Source of the DNA: Pseudomonadota bacterium
GTDB taxonomy: Bacteria > Bdellovibrionota_F > JAHFAK01 > JBDREC01
NCBI GenBank assembly: GCA_043820105.1
Contig: JBDREC010000090.1
Coordinates: 1-64,000 of the forward strand
DNA length: 64,000 nucleotides
Reading direction: 5' to 3'
Numbering within the stretch: position 1 is the stretch's first letter; each line of letters starts with the position of its first letter. A model generated the notes under the pieces. The model saw only the letters and a program-made list of their open reading frames with translations, was not told the origin of the DNA and ran no database searches. Below, in pieces: positions 30,754 to 40,405 of this stretch. Made by a program: the position numbers and the translations under genes.

Positions 30754-31932
30754 ATGGAGGAAATGGGTATGAAAGTGTTATTTAAATTATCATTTTTATC
30801 AATTAATATTTTATTTCTATTTTTTTTCACAGCAAATTTCATATCATGTTCAGGCTCTGCAGGTATAGAATTAGGAAAAGGTGATAATCCTGTTCTAGTT
30901 GATACTGATGCAGACGGAATTGTTGATTCTGAAGATAATTGTGTTAGTATTGCTAACCCAGATCAAGCAGATGCTGACGCAAATGGAGTTGGTGATCTTT
31001 GTGAAGGTGCTGGTGATGGAGATGGTGATGGTGACGGTGACGGCGATGGTGATGGTGATGGTGATGGTGATGGTGATGGTGATGGTGATGGTGATGGTGA
31101 TGGAGACACTGATATAGATACTGATTCTGATGGAAAAATTGATTCTGAAGACAATTGTCCTGAAATAGCTAACACGGATCAGGCAGATGCAAATGGCGAT
31201 TTTGTGGGCGATGTTTGCGATTCCATATCAGACACAGATGGTGATTTATTAGTGGATTCAAGTGAAGTAAATGTTTACTTTACAGATCCAAGTGATACAG
31301 ATTCTGATGACGATGGTTTTAGTGACTATGAAGAAGTTATTACTTATTTAACAGATCCAAATCTAGCTGATACGGATTCTGATGGAATTTATGATTCAGA
31401 TGAGATTAATGTAACTTTAACTGATCCAAATGACTCTAGCTCAAATTATACAAATAATTATCCACTGGACTATAGTGTTGCTAGATCTTCAGAAGATTAT
31501 GATGGAGATACTTATACAGCTGCTTTCATATCATTTCAAGCTGTTGCTGGAGCTGATTCATATATTTTAAAAATGGCTACAAGCTCTACTTTTGCTTATT
31601 ACTATCATATTTATAATACAAATGCATATACATCTAGTTTATGGTATACATCAAAATATATAACATCAAATAGCTATGATGGAGAAACTGATCCAGATAA
31701 TGCTGATTGGACTTCTGACTCATCAGGCTATGGAAGGTTTCAATGCTTTGAAATGGATTATGGCAATGATACACCAACAATTGAGTGTTATTTTGATACC
31801 TATAAACTTGAATCTTGTTGGGATATTGATCTCACTATGACTGTTCGTGCCTTTTCAGATGATTATGGCTTTTCAAGTTTTTCAGATGAAGTAAGCTTTA
31901 ATCCAAGTGCATTAATTGTTATTCTGATGTAG
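30754..31932 (+). CDS. Lipoprotein: TSP3 module, (GD)16 linker, TSP3 repeats, FN3-like C-terminal domain
   Basis: Lipobox FISC; ISFQAVAGADSYILK...TVRAFSDDYGFSSFSDEV. Confidence 0.78.
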   Translation: MEEMGMKVLFKLSFLSINILFLFFFTANFISCSGSAGIELGKGDNPVLVDTDADGIVDSEDNCVSIANPDQADADANGVGDLCEGAGDGDGDGDGDGDGDGDGDGDGDGDGDGDGDGDTDIDTDSDGKIDSEDNCPEIANTDQADANGDFVGDVCDSISDTDGDLLVDSSEVNVYFTDPSDTDSDDDGFSDYEEVITYLTDPNLADTDSDGIYDSDEINVTLTDPNDSSSNYTNNYPLDYSVARSSEDYDGDTYTAAFISFQAVAGADSYILKMATSSTFAYYYHIYNTNAYTSSLWYTSKYITSNSYDGETDPDNADWTSDSSGYGRFQCFEMDYGNDTPTIECYFDTYKLESCWDIDLTMTVRAFSDDYGFSSFSDEVSFNPSALIVILM

Positions 31933-32015
31933 AGTCAAAATTCCCTGTTTTAATTTATAGAGAATTTTTAATAATATAAGCATTTGAAATTATAGCAAAA
32001 GATTCTTTTATCTTA

Positions 32016-32032
32016 TTGGCATAATATATGCA
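32016..32032 (+). promoter_or_regulatory. sigma54 promoter
   Basis: TTGGCAT-AATAT-ATGCA, GG-N10-GC, ~65 bp before the ATG. Confidence 0.6.
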
Positions 32033-32094
32033 CTTTCTTAAGCATGAGCTTTTAAAAAAGCTTTATTTTACATTTAGTAAAGGAGGAATGGGAA

Positions 32095-33156
32095 ATGCAA
32101 AATATAATAAGAACAAAAAATATTCTCATAATATTTTCAATTATCTTTATTTTTTTGCTAAGTTTATTATCCTGTAATGGTAGTGCAGAGGTTTATCAAC
32201 AAAAAGCAGATACTGACGCTGACGGAATTGTTGATACTGAAGATAATTGTGTTAACATTGCTAACCCAGATCAAGCAGATGCTGATTTAAATGGAGTAGG
32301 TGACCTTTGTGAAGTTGCAGGCGATGGTGATGGCGATGGAGATGGAGACGGCGATGGCGATGGAGATGGAGATGGAGATGGAGATGGAGATGGAGATGGA
32401 GATGGAGATGGAGATGGAGATGGCGATGGTGACGGTGATGGAGATGGAGATGGAGATGGAGATGGAGATGGAGATGGCGATGGTGATGCTGCAGTCGTTT
32501 TACCAGTTTATTATGCTGTTGTTGTTGATAGTTATACTCCATCTGATGTAACTATTGAAAAATCAAGTGCATATTATGGGAGTATGGCTTGTGTTGATTA
32601 TACTGATCATTATGAAGAATATGATGAAGATCATGACCATGATGGTATTATGGGTGAAGGCTGTCTTGAATATAAAGGTTATGCAGGAAAGGTATCCTGG
32701 ACTGGGTCTAGTGATTATGAATATTATGTTTTAAAAGTAAAAAGACAATCTTCATATGGTGGCAATATGTACAAATATTATAGATTAAATTCTGATAATT
32801 ATACTACTGAAAATCAAGGATGGTCTTATCTAAGGAGAATGAATATAGATTATGAAATTGAAAATAGTGGGACAAATGATCAAGAGATTACGAACATTAT
32901 AGGAAGTGATGATGATGGTGAGTGGGAAGTGGATTCTGATTACAGGTACAATTGCAATAATAATTCAAACTCAATATATTGTTACATTGATGACAATGTT
33001 TTTGATGATATTGATGATGTTGCATCTAGAGATGAAGGTGATTTAGTTGACGAATCCTTTACTGTTTATGTTGCTGGTTATGATGAGGTATCTGGAGAAT
33101 TAACAGAATGGAGTGGTGGAATTTACATTTATAGCTCAACTATTCATAATTATTAG
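32095..33156 (+). CDS. Lipoprotein: TSP3 module, (GD)28 linker, FN3-like C-terminal domain
   Basis: Lipobox LLSC; VSWTGSSDYEYYVLK...FTVYVAGYD. Confidence 0.78.
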   Translation: MQNIIRTKNILIIFSIIFIFLLSLLSCNGSAEVYQQKADTDADGIVDTEDNCVNIANPDQADADLNGVGDLCEVAGDGDGDGDGDGDGDGDGDGDGDGDGDGDGDGDGDGDGDGDGDGDGDGDGDGDGDGDAAVVLPVYYAVVVDSYTPSDVTIEKSSAYYGSMACVDYTDHYEEYDEDHDHDGIMGEGCLEYKGYAGKVSWTGSSDYEYYVLKVKRQSSYGGNMYKYYRLNSDNYTTENQGWSYLRRMNIDYEIENSGTNDQEITNIIGSDDDGEWEVDSDYRYNCNNNSNSIYCYIDDNVFDDIDDVASRDEGDLVDESFTVYVAGYDEVSGELTEWSGGIYIYSSTIHNY

Positions 33157-33334
33157 ACTATAAATATTCAAAAAAAAAATCTTTTTATATCTTAATTTTT
33201 TTATTGATTAAGATTCTATTCCAGGCACTTGAAGTTCGCAAACATGTGTTAAAAGCACGAAGGTTAGTCTTTATATTCTAATGTGTTATGAAGAACATTA
33301 CTGTGTTACTTTAAAAAGTTTTGACAGAATTTAA

Positions 33335-34024
33335 CTATTTATTCGTAACTTCATTTTCATTACTCGCACTCAATTTCTCAAAACAAATAGGCTCAGATTC
33401 GAGATTCTGTGGATTTCCCAATACTGAATGTTTGCATTTTTCATTATTTTTCATTCGACTAACGGAAAGTGGGGATCCTAATTTTTTTAATTGCTCCCAA
33501 TGCATTGAGATTAAACCAATAATAATAGTCCCAGAAATTATCACAACAATAGCAACTTCTAAAAGACTAAATGCATGTAAGTCATCAATAAATAAGCTTT
33601 TAATCGCCGAAATTAATGATTGAATTTTGTTGTTATTCTGTGATGCTAGGCTAATTGGTAATTCTGCTTCATAAAAATGAATTAAGTCTGCTAAATTCAT
33701 CATGTTTTCTAATGGATTTGCACTAGTATTATTTGAAAAATCAAATAATGGTGCTAATGAGATTCTTTTGGTTTCAAGACCATTATTTGAAGCAATAATA
33801 GCTAAATTTGCTTTATCAAAGGTATATTCTGTTGAAATACCTTGAATTACTAGCTTATTTGTAGCCTTGTCTAAAATACCAGTAGTGTCGCCAAATTGAA
33901 TTTTGTAAATTTCCTTTTCATTTTGGGCACTTGTTTCTGCAAAGGCTAGATTTGGTAAAAAAGTAGATGTTAGGAAAGCAAAAGATACAAGTAATGAAAC
34001 TAAAGACCTCATTATAACCCCCAA
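33335..34024 (-). CDS. Exported hypothetical protein with an internal prepilin-like hydrophobic segment
   Basis: Signal peptide (LAFA|E); internal AFSLLEVAIVVIISG. Confidence 0.6.
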   Translation of the reverse strand: MGVIMRSLVSLLVSFAFLTSTFLPNLAFAETSAQNEKEIYKIQFGDTTGILDKATNKLVIQGISTEYTFDKANLAIIASNNGLETKRISLAPLFDFSNNTSANPLENMMNLADLIHFYEAELPISLASQNNNKIQSLISAIKSLFIDDLHAFSLLEVAIVVIISGTIIIGLISMHWEQLKKLGSPLSVSRMKNNEKCKHSVLGNPQNLESEPICFEKLSASNENEVTNK

Positions 34025-34287
34025 TGCATAAGTTATTAAAAATACACAAAAATAGTGTCAATTTAAATGGATGAATTTAATTTAGCATTAAATTTTTAGG
34101 AAAGTATTGTGTGAATACTCCCAGTTACCCATGAACGATAACGAAAAGAAGATCAATTTTTACCAACTAGGTATTTTATATAAAAAAATCAGATAACAAG
34201 TCAATATAATTATTCAAATTTCTAATATGTATAGATAATTCTCTCTCCCCATTGATCCCTTGTGAAACAAAGCAACAGGTTGTAAAT

Positions 34288-34652
34288 AATCAATGATCAA
34301 CAATACAATCAATTTTCAATAATCAATGAATATTTGGTCACCAGTCAACAGAACACCTGTCACCAGTAGGATACAGAATACCGAATACTGAATACTAAAT
34401 ACTGAATACCAATCCCTTTTTTCCTTGCCCTCTTGTTCTCGATATTTAGAATAAATAGCTGACACTATACTTGTGATTAGGATTAAGAATTAAGAATTTA
34501 GAGTTTAGAGGCAAGACTACGAGATCAGAAGAGTCAAGAAGCAAGAGTCAAGAAGCAAGAAGCAAGAAGCAAGAAGCAAGAAGCAAGAAGCAAGAAGCAA
34601 GAAGCAAGAAGGATTCATGCTCATAATCCTCAACTTAATCATAATCCTAATC
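34288..34652. repeat. Stack of at least six different short tandem arrays
   Basis: (AATCAAT)-like, (TCACCAG), (GAATACT), (CTTGTTCY), (AATTTAG/GATTAAG), (CAAGAAG)x9 at 34549-34611, (TAATCM). Confidence 0.85.
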
Positions 34653-34654
34653 CC

Positions 34655-34837
34655 GAAGACCGAAGACGTTTCTTCGAAATCTCGCTTGGTTCAATAGCTG
34701 AAGTCTGCGCCTGTCTTGACCTTCTTGACTCTTTTGATCTTGTATCTTTAGATCTTGACTCTTCTTCTTTTTCTTCAGTCTTATCTCTAAAAAAACATTA
34801 CCAATCCATCTATTCCATGATATTCAAATTGAAATAA
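34655..34837 (+). pseudogene. 3' remnant of a four-helix-bundle protein gene (TIGR02436/23S-IVP-like)
   Basis: My translation EDRRRFFEISLGSIAEVCACLDLL...KKHYQSIYSMIFKLK*; no start codon, and the 5' half is replaced by repeats. Confidence 0.7.
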
Positions 34838-35042
34838 ATATTTCTATACATGAAACCATTGGATTAATCTTAGGATTATGATTAAGATTATGATTAAGAT
34901 TGATGGTGAAGTAAAAGATTAAGAAACAGTGTAGCCACTTGCAATGATAGCTATTAATAAATAAATATGGCAAAGGTTCCAGTTATATGATATAATTATT
35001 AGTATATTTATCGGGTAGTGTCTTGGGTTTAGGGAGTGCCAA

Positions 35043-37115
35043 ATGTTTAGAAAAATCATATCTTTTTTATTCATTATTACAATAATAGTTTTTAACTCTT
35101 GCGCTATGTTTGAAAATAATATTGGGGCAGGAAATGATATGGGCTTTTCTTATGACCCAGATGCAATTGAGCCTTCAACTGATTCCTTTGATTCTATGAT
35201 TCCTGTGGATTTATCTGATTTTGATTATACAAATACAGAAGATTCTCAGGATTTAAGTGGAGCTTTTCTTAAGTATGCTTATGAAGCTTCAGTTGATAGG
35301 CAAGAATCATCAAATGCTTCAGCGGATGAATTTTCAAGACCTGGTTGTGAAGCATTTATCCACAAGCAGGAAGTTATATTAGCAAGTAAAGAGCATCAAA
35401 ATGCCAGATGTCCTATAGAAGCTTTAAATAAATATGGATATTTAGATGTTGGGGATGCAGAGTTTAACTACTATAAGATTTTTGTAGAAGGGATGCTCGA
35501 GGAGCTTGAGGCAGAGTTAATGAAAATTGGATTTATTGTCCAAAGTAAATCAAAAGATAAGCAAGCTTCGACTTACTATTTGAAAGATTATCCTGATGGC
35601 CAAGAACAAAGAGATATAGAAGAAGGATGGGATGCAGGAAGTAATGATCAAAAAGCTGGTTCAGACAAAGAAAAACCAGGATTAGGTGGTGTAAAGCCTC
35701 CATTGAATGGGGAAAAGCCAATAATTGATGAGGAATTTGCAGACAAAGGCAATATTGAGGATAAGTCAGAAAAAGACAAAGATAATAATAAATCAGGTGG
35801 TATTTCTGCTCCAGGATTTGGAAGTGCTCTTATCGTTAGAATTGGTAATTTTGACTCTGAACTAAAGTTTGATTCTTGTCGTGGAAAAGATAATTTTATT
35901 AAAGACTTCCAAAACTATCAATTAGAGAAAAATGGTCTTTATTATGACTTTACTGTTGAAGCTGTGCATATTGAAACAACTAAAATTAGAGATATAAAAA
36001 CAAAGCAAATTCTGTCAGCAAGCGGAATTGAAAAATTTGACCTTGAGGGGAATATTTACATGAGTGATACAGGTCTTATTGAAGTTGATTCCCTCTTTTA
36101 CAATACCTTTGGCCAGGGATCTGTTTACTTTAAATCAGATGCAAGTCTTGCCAGTAATTTGCTTTCATCAATTTTTCTTGGCAAGCAATATATTGATGAT
36201 GGCGAAGAAATTGAGTTTGTAAACCAGAGCATGGCTTATTTTGATGGAATTTCACAAGCTGGAGTCGCAATAACAACCTTTGCTGGTGAAACAAAAGCAA
36301 TTCCACTTGCTCAACTACTTCCAAAACCTAATCAGTCTCAGGATTTAAAGGATGATTTAGATAAAGACGGAAGTGACAAAAGTAAATATATAAAAAGTGA
36401 AGTTGAAATCAGTTTTGATACTGTAAAAGGTCCAAATGATTCAATTAATGAATTTATTGCTGGACTTGGAATTGATCTTGAAAGTTTAGATTTAAAAGAG
36501 CTGGGGAGTCTTGGCTTATGTCTGGTAAGAGATAAATCAGGAGAAATTACTTATGAACTTTCAGAAGATGGTACTTGTATTGAAGATTTCACTGATCAAT
36601 CAATATTTTATATTGCAGAAAAAGATGACGAAACTTCTGCAATAAATTTACCTGAGTTTTATGAATTAGATAATGATTATAATTCATTTAAAAAGGCACT
36701 TCCGGAATTTAGGAAAAAGGATTATTCAGATTTAAATGTTAAAGACCAAATTAAACCATTAAGAACAGATTGGGAATGCCAGAAGCCTTCTCAGGGCTGG
36801 ACCTTAATAGATTTAACTGAAATCGTTGCAGCAGATTCTGATGTTAGAAAGGAAATAGTAGCATGCTATTCTTCTCTTTATGAAATTATACAAGAAAGAA
36901 TTATTATATCTCCAGATTATTGTCACAGAGATGAGTCAGAGAAAGCTTTAGACAAGGAATTGGAACAAAAAGAAGGAAGTAAGGATAAAAAGGCAGAAGG
37001 CGAAGGTTCTGATAAAAAACCAAAACATGAACCTGGAACAATGCCTCAGGAATGTTCTGAAGCAGGAATTGAAGAAGGTCATTTTAAAAATTGTTATGAT
37101 TTTTTAAATAAATGA
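35043..37115 (+). CDS. Large hypothetical lipoprotein
   Basis: Lipobox FNSC, AGGGAG RBS, acidic, several Cys; family not recognised. Confidence 0.72.
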   Translation: MFRKIISFLFIITIIVFNSCAMFENNIGAGNDMGFSYDPDAIEPSTDSFDSMIPVDLSDFDYTNTEDSQDLSGAFLKYAYEASVDRQESSNASADEFSRPGCEAFIHKQEVILASKEHQNARCPIEALNKYGYLDVGDAEFNYYKIFVEGMLEELEAELMKIGFIVQSKSKDKQASTYYLKDYPDGQEQRDIEEGWDAGSNDQKAGSDKEKPGLGGVKPPLNGEKPIIDEEFADKGNIEDKSEKDKDNNKSGGISAPGFGSALIVRIGNFDSELKFDSCRGKDNFIKDFQNYQLEKNGLYYDFTVEAVHIETTKIRDIKTKQILSASGIEKFDLEGNIYMSDTGLIEVDSLFYNTFGQGSVYFKSDASLASNLLSSIFLGKQYIDDGEEIEFVNQSMAYFDGISQAGVAITTFAGETKAIPLAQLLPKPNQSQDLKDDLDKDGSDKSKYIKSEVEISFDTVKGPNDSINEFIAGLGIDLESLDLKELGSLGLCLVRDKSGEITYELSEDGTCIEDFTDQSIFYIAEKDDETSAINLPEFYELDNDYNSFKKALPEFRKKDYSDLNVKDQIKPLRTDWECQKPSQGWTLIDLTEIVAADSDVRKEIVACYSSLYEIIQERIIISPDYCHRDESEKALDKELEQKEGSKDKKAEGEGSDKKPKHEPGTMPQECSEAGIEEGHFKNCYDFLNK

Positions 37116-37120
37116 AGTTT

Positions 37121-37345
37121 GGATCATCTCCAATCTGAGTACCCACAAAGAATAATTTATTTAAAAAAATATAAAAAACATTGTTCCAACTATTCTATGA
37201 TATTCAAATTGAAATAAACGGTTCTATCTATCTAAAAACTACAGAATTATGATTAAGATGAGGCTTATGATTTTTACGCTTTTGTTCTCTGATTTGACCG
37301 GAAACTGGTGCTCTATTGTTTGGGTATTCAAATTGGAGATGATCC
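37121..37345. mobile_element. MITE copy 1 (225 bp)
   Basis: TIRs GGATCATCTCCAATCTGAGTACCCA / TGGGTATTCAAATTGGAGATGATCC; flanks TGAAGTTT / TAAAGTTT (7/8 TSD). Confidence 0.85.
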
Positions 37346-37352
37346 TAAAGTT

Positions 37353-38513
37353 TTATCTCTTAACTTTTCTTGCATCTTTTGTTCTGGCATCAATTCTAGC
37401 CCGAACAGCTTCCCTTGCTGGATCTACATCTCTTATATCACGACTAGATGCAGTACCAGGTTCAAATCTTTGAGCTCTTATTGTAGCACCTGAAAGGTCA
37501 ACATCAGCTATTTCTCCTTGTGCAATATCCATTAATCCAGGAATAACTTCACGCCTTGCAGATTCTGTATCTAAGTCAATTTCAATAATTTCAACAGGAT
37601 CAATATAGGGATCATAATTTAGGGTTTGTCTATAGCTGCTAGCAGGAGTTTTTTTACCTTTTTTTGCATCATTTAAATCAGCAAATGCTTGAAGAACTGC
37701 ATAGGTATGTCTTTGGGCTAAATGCTTTCTGGCATTGATATCATGAAAACCGTCTCTAATATCAGCATGTTGTTGTTGAACTTTAATGACTTCTAAAGCT
37801 TCTGCTGCAATTCTAACAGCTGCTAAAGGGCTTTCTTTGGCATAAGCAATTGCTTCCATAATATTATCACCTTGAAATCTTGGATCTTCTAAAATAGTAA
37901 GGGACAGGAGTTGTGCATTGATTAATAACTTCGCTGCATTGGCATCAAGAAAAGCTTCTGGTGGGCCGTCTTCAAAGCCTGGCGCTCTAATTTCAAGTGG
38001 AACTACTCCATTATCAGGAAATTGGGTTGTACTTGTAAAGGTGTTAGCATTAATTATGCTTGCTCTTATTTGTTTTGAATCTACCAATATATTGATACAT
38101 CCCTGAACTATAAAACCTGGATATAAGTTTTTTGCATATAAGACATTTAAAGCTGTTGGACTATAGAAATTTGTGCCCCCAAGTGCTAGTCCTCCTAATG
38201 TTGCCTTAATTTTAGGATTGTCTGGCCATTTTGCTAACGAGTCCAAAATTTCCATATACACAGTCAATGATTCTCTTGTGTTTTGTTTTATATTTAGCAT
38301 CTGTTTTTTTAGTATATCAATTGCTTCATCACTTGGTTCTCTATCTGTTACTAACATTCTAATAAGAGCTAATTTCTGATGTATGTTTCTGTCAGGATCA
38401 AGCAAATATTTTGCATAGTGCTCAATATCAGCAGCATCTTTTGGATAAGAAAATAAGGCACTTGCATTTAGTAATAGAGAAATTAAGGTGATAAATAATA
38501 TTGTTTTTTTCAT
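37353..38513 (-). CDS. Exported hypothetical helical protein
   Basis: Long ORF with signal peptide; HEAT-like segments; family not recognised. Confidence 0.65.
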   Translation of the reverse strand: MKKTILFITLISLLLNASALFSYPKDAADIEHYAKYLLDPDRNIHQKLALIRMLVTDREPSDEAIDILKKQMLNIKQNTRESLTVYMEILDSLAKWPDNPKIKATLGGLALGGTNFYSPTALNVLYAKNLYPGFIVQGCINILVDSKQIRASIINANTFTSTTQFPDNGVVPLEIRAPGFEDGPPEAFLDANAAKLLINAQLLSLTILEDPRFQGDNIMEAIAYAKESPLAAVRIAAEALEVIKVQQQHADIRDGFHDINARKHLAQRHTYAVLQAFADLNDAKKGKKTPASSYRQTLNYDPYIDPVEIIEIDLDTESARREVIPGLMDIAQGEIADVDLSGATIRAQRFEPGTASSRDIRDVDPAREAVRARIDARTKDARKVKR

Positions 38514-38718
38514 AATAATTATTCTTCTTCTTTATATGTATTAGGATTAATAATAAGGTTTCATTAAATTATGCTTAACTGGATTTTTCCATAACGAAAT
38601 GGGGCAGCTAAAATAATTATTTAAAAAGCATTGTCAACTATTTTCACTTATTAAATTTTCCAATTGTAATTTTTATTAAAATCAATATTATTATTACACA
38701 ACATTTACAGGAGAAATA

Positions 38719-39504
38719 ATGAGAATTGCAATTTATCAGAATAATCCTGAGTTCGGTAAAGTAGTTGAAAACATTGCTAAATTTCAAAGCTTTTTAGGAA
38801 ATGCGGATTTTCAATTTCTTGTTTTACCTGAACTTGCTTTTACTGGTTATCAGTTCAAAGATAGAACTGAGCTGGAATCTATGGCTGAAGAAGTTTCTTC
38901 AAGCAGTACTATTGAAAAGATGAAAGAGATCGCGCAAATTGGGAATTTTCATCTTCTTTTTGGAATGCCTGAAAAATCTGGGAGTTGTATTTATAATTCT
39001 GTTTTTTTAGTTGGTCCATCTGGATATATTACAAAATATCGCAAAATTCATCTTTTTATGTTTGAAAAAAAAATATTTACTCCTGGTGATATTGCGTTTC
39101 CTGTAATTGATATCAAAGGAGTAAAAGTCGGTATTTCAATTTGCTTTGACTGGGCTTTTCCGGAAGTTACCAGAAAAATGGCTCTTGAAAGAGCAGATAT
39201 TCAAGTGTTACCTGCGAATTTAGTTCTGCAATATTGCCAAAAAGTTATGGTGGCTCGATCAATTGAAAATAGGATCTTTACATTAGTTGCAAACAGGATT
39301 GGCTCAGAAGAAAGAATCGAAGGTGACAAACTAAATTTTACAGGTGCAAGCCAAATCGTAAATCCTCATGGTTCTGTGATTTTAAGCTTTCCCAAAGATA
39401 AAGAAAAGCTAGTAAGTGTCGATGTAGACCCACTTGAAGCTAGAAATAAAAAAATCACGCCTTTTAATGACCTGTTAGCAGACAGAAGAGAAGAGTTTTA
39501 TTAA
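38719..39504 (+). CDS. Carbon-nitrogen hydrolase (nitrilase superfamily)
   Basis: E-K-C triad in LPELAFTGY, YRKIHL and ICFD. Confidence 0.92.
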   Translation: MRIAIYQNNPEFGKVVENIAKFQSFLGNADFQFLVLPELAFTGYQFKDRTELESMAEEVSSSSTIEKMKEIAQIGNFHLLFGMPEKSGSCIYNSVFLVGPSGYITKYRKIHLFMFEKKIFTPGDIAFPVIDIKGVKVGISICFDWAFPEVTRKMALERADIQVLPANLVLQYCQKVMVARSIENRIFTLVANRIGSEERIEGDKLNFTGASQIVNPHGSVILSFPKDKEKLVSVDVDPLEARNKKITPFNDLLADRREEFY

Positions 39505-39574
39505 AATTTCCTTTACTTTTATTCTTTAAAATTTTATTTCTTGGCCCGATTTTATTAAATTTTTGGAGAAGTAA

Positions 39575-39925
39575 ATGCAAAAGCAAACAGGATCTCTTCA
39601 TTCATGGCTATGGCATCGCATCTCTGCAGTTTTTCTCGTTTTTGGCCTTTTTATTCACTTTGTTTATGTGCATGTTGCAATTATACCACCATTAACTTAT
39701 CAAAAAGTGGCCCAACGCATGGCTGAGAATATGTATTTTTGGGTGGTATTTGATATTATGTTGCTTCTAGCTACAATTTATCATGGCTTGCTTGGAGTTT
39801 ATAATATTTTTTGTGACTATTCCTTTAGTAAACAGCTTAAAGAAACAGTTAAATATGCTTTAATTGCCATTGGATTTTTGATGTTTATTATTGGGATTTG
39901 GATATTGATTCCTTTTACAAGTTAA
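39575..39925 (+). CDS. sdhD: Succinate dehydrogenase hydrophobic anchor subunit
   Basis: WLWHRISA, 3 TM, YHGLLG...DY. Confidence 0.75.
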   Translation: MQKQTGSLHSWLWHRISAVFLVFGLFIHFVYVHVAIIPPLTYQKVAQRMAENMYFWVVFDIMLLLATIYHGLLGVYNIFCDYSFSKQLKETVKYALIAIGFLMFIIGIWILIPFTS

Positions 39926-39946
39926 TTACAAAATAGGTAGAATTAA

Positions 39947-40321
39947 ATGAAATTAATAAGATGTGCATTTGATTATGTTGAAGAATTATTCCTTAATTTT
40001 AATGTTGGAATGATCGCTTTTTTAATTCAAAGAGTAACTGGAGCAGGTCTTGCTGTTTTTATAGCCCTTCATTTATTAACAATTGGAGCTGTCAGAGGTG
40101 GCTCTTCTGCTTTTAATGACTCTTTGGGAAAGTGGAATAATTTTCCAGGCCATATAATGGAATGGCTTTTACTTTTATGTGTTGCAGCTCATGGAATCAA
40201 CGGAATTAGGATTATTATAGCAGACTTTTTTGACATGACTGAGCAGCATCAAAAGATGTTTTATATTGGAACAATGGTTTTTATAGCCATTGCGATTTTT
40301 GGATTAATATTATTTTTTTAA
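39947..40321 (+). CDS. sdhC: Succinate dehydrogenase cytochrome b556 subunit
   Basis: QRVTG, HGINGIRIIIAD, 3 TM. Confidence 0.78.
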   Translation: MKLIRCAFDYVEELFLNFNVGMIAFLIQRVTGAGLAVFIALHLLTIGAVRGGSSAFNDSLGKWNNFPGHIMEWLLLLCVAAHGINGIRIIIADFFDMTEQHQKMFYIGTMVFIAIAIFGLILFF

Positions 40322-40405
40322 ATTAATGATTTAATATTCACTATTTTTTATTTTCTTTTTTAAAAAGGAAATGTCTAGTAATGAATAAAAATATTAGGAA
40401 ATTTA

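Noticed and set aside
27234-32551. Met/Ala/Glu-rich, His-rich and Ser-Pro-rich ORFs overlapping the lipoproteins
   Set aside because: They are alternative-frame and antisense readings of the GGNGAY tracts; the variation is synonymous only in the GD frame
29392-34837. Diversity-generating retroelement (Avd-like fragment near variable lipoproteins)
   Set aside because: No reverse transcriptase in the window; differences between the shared modules are not adenine-specific; no TR/VR pair seen
34288-34905. CRISPR array
   Set aside because: Units are 6-8 nt tandem repeats without unique spacers, and no cas genes are present
37249-37493. Two short plus-strand ORFs
   Set aside because: They start inside the MITE and run antisense to the 386-aa gene
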